Assembly (NCBI GenBank): GCA_014378775.1
Contig: JACMMZ010000036.1
Coordinates: 1-50,008 of the forward strand
Reading direction: 5' to 3'
Source of the DNA: Pseudobdellovibrionaceae bacterium
GTDB taxonomy: Bacteria; Bdellovibrionota; Bdellovibrionia; Bdellovibrionales; Bdellovibrionaceae
DNA: 50,008 nucleotides
Made by a program: the position numbers and the translations under genes. Each line of letters starts with the position of its first letter. Within the stretch, counting starts at the first letter, position 1. Below the pieces are notes generated by a model. The model was not told the origin of the DNA. It made no database searches and saw nothing but the letters and a program-made list of their open reading frames with translations. Positions 46,434-50,008 of the stretch are shown here, piece by piece.

Positions 46434-48233
46434 TTATTTAATTTCAAAAAAACAGAAAGTGACGTCGTCAATAAGCTCCGTGTTCGATCTAAAATTGACC
46501 AAACTCGTCTCATAATCCGAATAAAATCCTGCTAGGGTGGTTGATTTATTATAACTGTTGACGATACCTTTCATGAATGAGCGCTCGCCGTAGACTTTAG
46601 CATCTCCGTTTCGTATATCCATTACGCCGTCCGTATAAAATACGATCCGGTCGCCATGATTAAGGTTTAAAGTTGAACTGGTAAATTTCGAATCTTTAGA
46701 TTGGCCCAGTCTGGGATTCGAATTTTCATTTAAGAAAATCAAACTGTCTTTCGAAATTTCCGTGCTCTTTTTAATTAAAATCGAGGGCTCATGTGACGCA
46801 TTAATGTAACTGAATTCGAGCGTCTTTTTGTCAATTAGACCAACGAAGCTGGTCATCATCATATTTTCTTTAGATACATTACATATTGCAAAGTTAAGAT
46901 GTTCAAAAGATTCCTTCAAAGGCAAATTCAAATTTTCTATGATACTGACCGCTGATTTTGCGGCGCTGGTTAAAAGAGCGGCCGGAGCTCCGTGACCAGT
47001 TGCATCGGCGATCCAAATCCAAACCTTATTTTCATCTTCAAAGTAATGCCACCAGTCGCCTCCGCACTCACTGGCCGAGTTGTAGAATCCCCTAATTTGA
47101 ATAAAAGCTGAATCGTATTCGCTTTTAGGAAACAGAGTTTGTTGTACAATTTGCGCCGTCTTAAGCTCGGATTCCATACGTGCTTTGTTAGCCGTTTCAT
47201 GCAACAACCGAGAAATTTCTGTGCTCATTTGGTTAAAGCCACTCGTTAAAGTTGAAATTTCATCATGTCCCGAATCTTGAATTTTTTGATCGAAGTTGCC
47301 ATCGGCAATGCTCTTCGCTGACTGCGTGAGCTTTTTCAATCGGTGAGTCAAATAATCAGAAGAAAAATAACTCAAAAGGACCACTAAAGAGCTAATAAGG
47401 ATGAAAAAGAATATCGACCGAATCATTAAACTTTTCAAATTTTCAAAAACTTTTTCTTCGCTGACGAAAGAAGATAAATAAGATTGTGTTTGATACAACC
47501 GAGTCGAAGAAAATAAGTAGTTTTCGCCATCGAGCGATATCATACTAGTCAACGAATTCTGGCTGAGCTGCGGAACGACCGTCGCTGTAATTTCCTGATT
47601 CACGGCAGGCGATCTCTTCTCGTCGATTTGCGGGTATTGAAATTTTCCAACGCCGTTAGTTGAACCTTTGTTGATTAATACCGTGTTAACGGTGTCGGAA
47701 GCTTTGAAGTAAGCTTGTAAAGTTGAGGATTGGAATTGGTAAATTAAAACCCAGGCACTTTCCTCTTTTGTAAAACCTGAAACAACCGTGACCATCATGT
47801 TATCGACGTAAACCACTTGTTCGTCATTTGTAGCTTGAGCCCCCATCAAACGTTGAACATCGCTTTCCGTCATTTCTTTTATATTTTTTTTATAAAGTTT
47901 GTCGACTAACTTGAATCGAGGCTTTTTCTGGTAAACCGCCATTGAATCGATCAAATAATCTTCTGGCAAAGTATCAGCTGAAGACAAAGATAGCTTTTTA
48001 TTTTTTTTGGTATTTTCTAAATGGACCTTGATAATTTCTGAGCTAAATTCGACTTCACGACGAAATTGTTCTGCAACAGTATCTAAAGTTGCTGCATTCG
48101 TTTCGAAAATATAAGCGACTTTATCTTTTTTATAAAAATTGAGAAAAAGATAAAATAAAATAAAGGCTACGGTTAAAGTCGTGACGGTTAATAAGGTAAT
48201 GATTTTGGCTTTTAAGCTGTTGAATTTGATCAT
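46434..48233 (-). CDS. Membrane sensor HAMP-SpoIIE (PP2C) phosphatase
   Basis: Two TM segments flanking a periplasmic domain, HAMP (DEISTL..FNQM), GGDWW, ADATGHG, YTDG, DDVT. Confidence 0.93.
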   Translation of the reverse strand: MIKFNSLKAKIITLLTVTTLTVAFILFYLFLNFYKKDKVAYIFETNAATLDTVAEQFRREVEFSSEIIKVHLENTKKNKKLSLSSADTLPEDYLIDSMAVYQKKPRFKLVDKLYKKNIKEMTESDVQRLMGAQATNDEQVVYVDNMMVTVVSGFTKEESAWVLIYQFQSSTLQAYFKASDTVNTVLINKGSTNGVGKFQYPQIDEKRSPAVNQEITATVVPQLSQNSLTSMISLDGENYLFSSTRLYQTQSYLSSFVSEEKVFENLKSLMIRSIFFFILISSLVVLLSYFSSDYLTHRLKKLTQSAKSIADGNFDQKIQDSGHDEISTLTSGFNQMSTEISRLLHETANKARMESELKTAQIVQQTLFPKSEYDSAFIQIRGFYNSASECGGDWWHYFEDENKVWIWIADATGHGAPAALLTSAAKSAVSIIENLNLPLKESFEHLNFAICNVSKENMMMTSFVGLIDKKTLEFSYINASHEPSILIKKSTEISKDSLIFLNENSNPRLGQSKDSKFTSSTLNLNHGDRIVFYTDGVMDIRNGDAKVYGERSFMKGIVNSYNKSTTLAGFYSDYETSLVNFRSNTELIDDVTFCFFEIK

Positions 48234-48238
48234 GATTA

Positions 48239-48267
48239 ATGTTGTTTTTTATCTTGCAGAAAGGCAA
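48239..48267 (-). promoter_or_regulatory. Putative sigma70 promoter of the phosphatase operon
   Basis: Minus strand TTGCCT-N17-CAACAT, 5 nt before the ATG. Confidence 0.45.
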
Positions 48268-48456
48268 GTCGAGTAAGAGCCGGCTAGTCGATTCTGGTCC
48301 ACCTAGACCTCAAGCGCCAGATGAAGACTCCTAGACCAATTTAATAATTTTAAACAGCTCAATGAATTAAATAGGAAATCATTTAGGTTGAAGCTAAAGT
48401 CATTCTGGACCAGACTAGATCTTCAGTTAATCTCATTTCGCGGCGATACTTGTTAT

Positions 48457-49989
48457 ATGAATTTTTTTGAAAATAAACAAAACAGAGTTATAACGGTTGT
48501 TTGCCTTCTTATTGCGATCATTTGTGCTTACTTCATGCAAAACGATTCGTTGTTCCGAGGATCGCGTTCGCTTTCGTCGGAAACAATTGGATCTTTTGAA
48601 CAATTACGAAAAGACGTACGAAAGAAAAACATTGCTAATTACTTCTGGGATGATTTGAAGCCAAAGGATTTATTAATCGAAGGCGACAGTGTTTTTACCG
48701 GAGCCGAATCCAGCGTGACCGTTAAATTATCAAACGGTCAACTGATTGTTGTGGCTCCGAATTCGTTGATCAAATTTAGTTACAAGGGTAAGAAAATGGT
48801 TCTGGATATTCCTTATGGAGGCGTTCAGCTAGAAAACGTCGTCGATGATATTATCATTGCCGATTGCGGAGAAAATCTCGATTTGAACAAAGACCAAGGT
48901 TCAATTAGTCTCAAAAAGAGTGAAAAATGTGGCAGCGTAAAAATCGACACCAAGTCTGTCGTCAACGCCAAAAATTTTGAAGAAAGAAAAACTAAAAAAG
49001 ATATCGCGACCACTTTCGACGAAGTGGCTGAAACGGGAGTCTTAGGTCAAATTGAAAAATTTTTCGATGCGGCCTCAGTCACACCAACGTCTTTATCCGC
49101 GCCGCATTTAGAGAACAAAGACATCAAGTACGAAGTTTCGGGGGAAAATCCGCAAGTTTTGAAATGGTCAGTAGTTGACGGAGCAAAATCTTACGAAGTT
49201 GATGTTTCAAATACGCCTGATTTCATTCAAGTTGATCCATTTAAAACAAACGCCAATCAGCTAACGTTAAAAAAGCTTTCAAACAATATGTTCTACCGCG
49301 TTCGCGCGGTTGGATTCGAAAAGGCAATCAGTTCTAATTCTGAAATCGGCCAGTTAACGGTCACGTTTCCCCGAATTAAAATGGATAAACTTAAAGTCAC
49401 CAAAGAATACAAAGCTAAGAATCCTCGAGATCGTGGGATTGCAGGCACCGCCGTAGATGTTTCATGGTCAAAAGTTCCTTACGCAGATAAATATGTGATT
49501 GAACTGATTGATAAAAAAAGTAAAAAACCGGTTAGGAAAACAATTACGCGTGAACTCGCGAGTGCTTTGGAAGTACCTCGGACTGGTAAGTACTCATATC
49601 AAGTGCGTGCTCTGGATACGAGGGGCCGTGATATCAGTTCTTCTGATGTGGGAGAAGTCGTTTACAACAAAGTGTTCAACATTCTTGCGCCCTTGATCCA
49701 GGAAGGAATTAATGATAAATTTTACTTCTTTCAAAAAAATGCCGCCAAGTATGTGTGGTTAAAATGGTTAAGCCAAAGTGAAGAAGCCCGAAAATTTCGC
49801 GTCGAAATTGCCCGGGACAAAGATTTTTCAGCTATCGTTCAATCTTCATTTACCGCAAAGCCTAAACTTTTGGTGACAGAACAGGTCGACGCCGGCGAAT
49901 ACTTTTGGCGTGTACGGAGCGAAGAGGGTGAAAATTATTCGAGCTGGTCGAACACCGAGATGTTTAAGATCCAGATTAATAATAACTAG
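48457..49989 (+). CDS. Membrane-anchored FecR-like domain protein with fibronectin type III repeats
   Basis: N-terminal TM, GDSVFTGAESSVTVKL..NSLI (FecR-like), three Fn3-like units (W..V..A..Y; YYWRVR-like). ATG 48457 preferred over TTG 48388. Confidence 0.8.
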   Translation: MNFFENKQNRVITVVCLLIAIICAYFMQNDSLFRGSRSLSSETIGSFEQLRKDVRKKNIANYFWDDLKPKDLLIEGDSVFTGAESSVTVKLSNGQLIVVAPNSLIKFSYKGKKMVLDIPYGGVQLENVVDDIIIADCGENLDLNKDQGSISLKKSEKCGSVKIDTKSVVNAKNFEERKTKKDIATTFDEVAETGVLGQIEKFFDAASVTPTSLSAPHLENKDIKYEVSGENPQVLKWSVVDGAKSYEVDVSNTPDFIQVDPFKTNANQLTLKKLSNNMFYRVRAVGFEKAISSNSEIGQLTVTFPRIKMDKLKVTKEYKAKNPRDRGIAGTAVDVSWSKVPYADKYVIELIDKKSKKPVRKTITRELASALEVPRTGKYSYQVRALDTRGRDISSSDVGEVVYNKVFNILAPLIQEGINDKFYFFQKNAAKYVWLKWLSQSEEARKFRVEIARDKDFSAIVQSSFTAKPKLLVTEQVDAGEYFWRVRSEEGENYSSWSNTEMFKIQINNN

Positions 49990-50008
49990 CCAATTATTGC
50001 ATTGCACA

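Noticed and set aside
426-49696. Numerous short (60-125 aa) ORFs in the track nested within or antisense to long genes
   Set aside because: They overlap well-supported CDSs and show no recognisable motifs, so I treated them as shadow ORFs.
1-50008. tRNA, rRNA, riboswitch, CRISPR or IS elements
   Set aside because: Intergenic gaps are short and none showed such signatures by eye; an Rfam/tRNAscan run would be needed to exclude small RNAs.

Overview
This is a gene-dense, AT-rich chromosomal segment that most resembles a Bdellovibrionota predatory bacterium. That assignment is inferred from the gene families and architectures, not from a database search. Housekeeping content: 3' end of apt, an mtnP-mtnA-class II aldolase nucleoside salvage operon, ftsQ-ftsA-ftsZ-lpxH, an M3 peptidase-nadK-recN run, a long-chain acyl-CoA ligase, coaE, addB-addA and rnhA. 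Many exported hydrolases are interleaved: an S9 peptidase, two papain-fold proteins, an alpha/beta-hydrolase lipoprotein, an endonuclease I and a large metzincin lipoprotein. Several outer-membrane beta-barrels are also present. I saw no rRNA, tRNA, CRISPR array or mobile element. The strongest candidates for undescribed biology are four. (1) A trans-envelope signalling locus at 42.9-50 kb encodes a HAMP-PP2C phosphatase, a STAS-like protein, a divergent FecR/Fn3 protein, and a 1000-aa ORF that joins a cytoplasmic DUF4388/MshEN-like region to an outer-membrane barrel through an internal signal-peptide-like segment. (2) A barrel-lipoprotein-barrel operon of the FadL/PorV/TraF-like class sits behind a sigma28-like promoter. 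(3) Four sigma54-type promoters all precede exported proteins; two are near-identical and positioned for leaderless transcripts. (4) Many genes across the window have leaderless start architecture, with three promoter classes.
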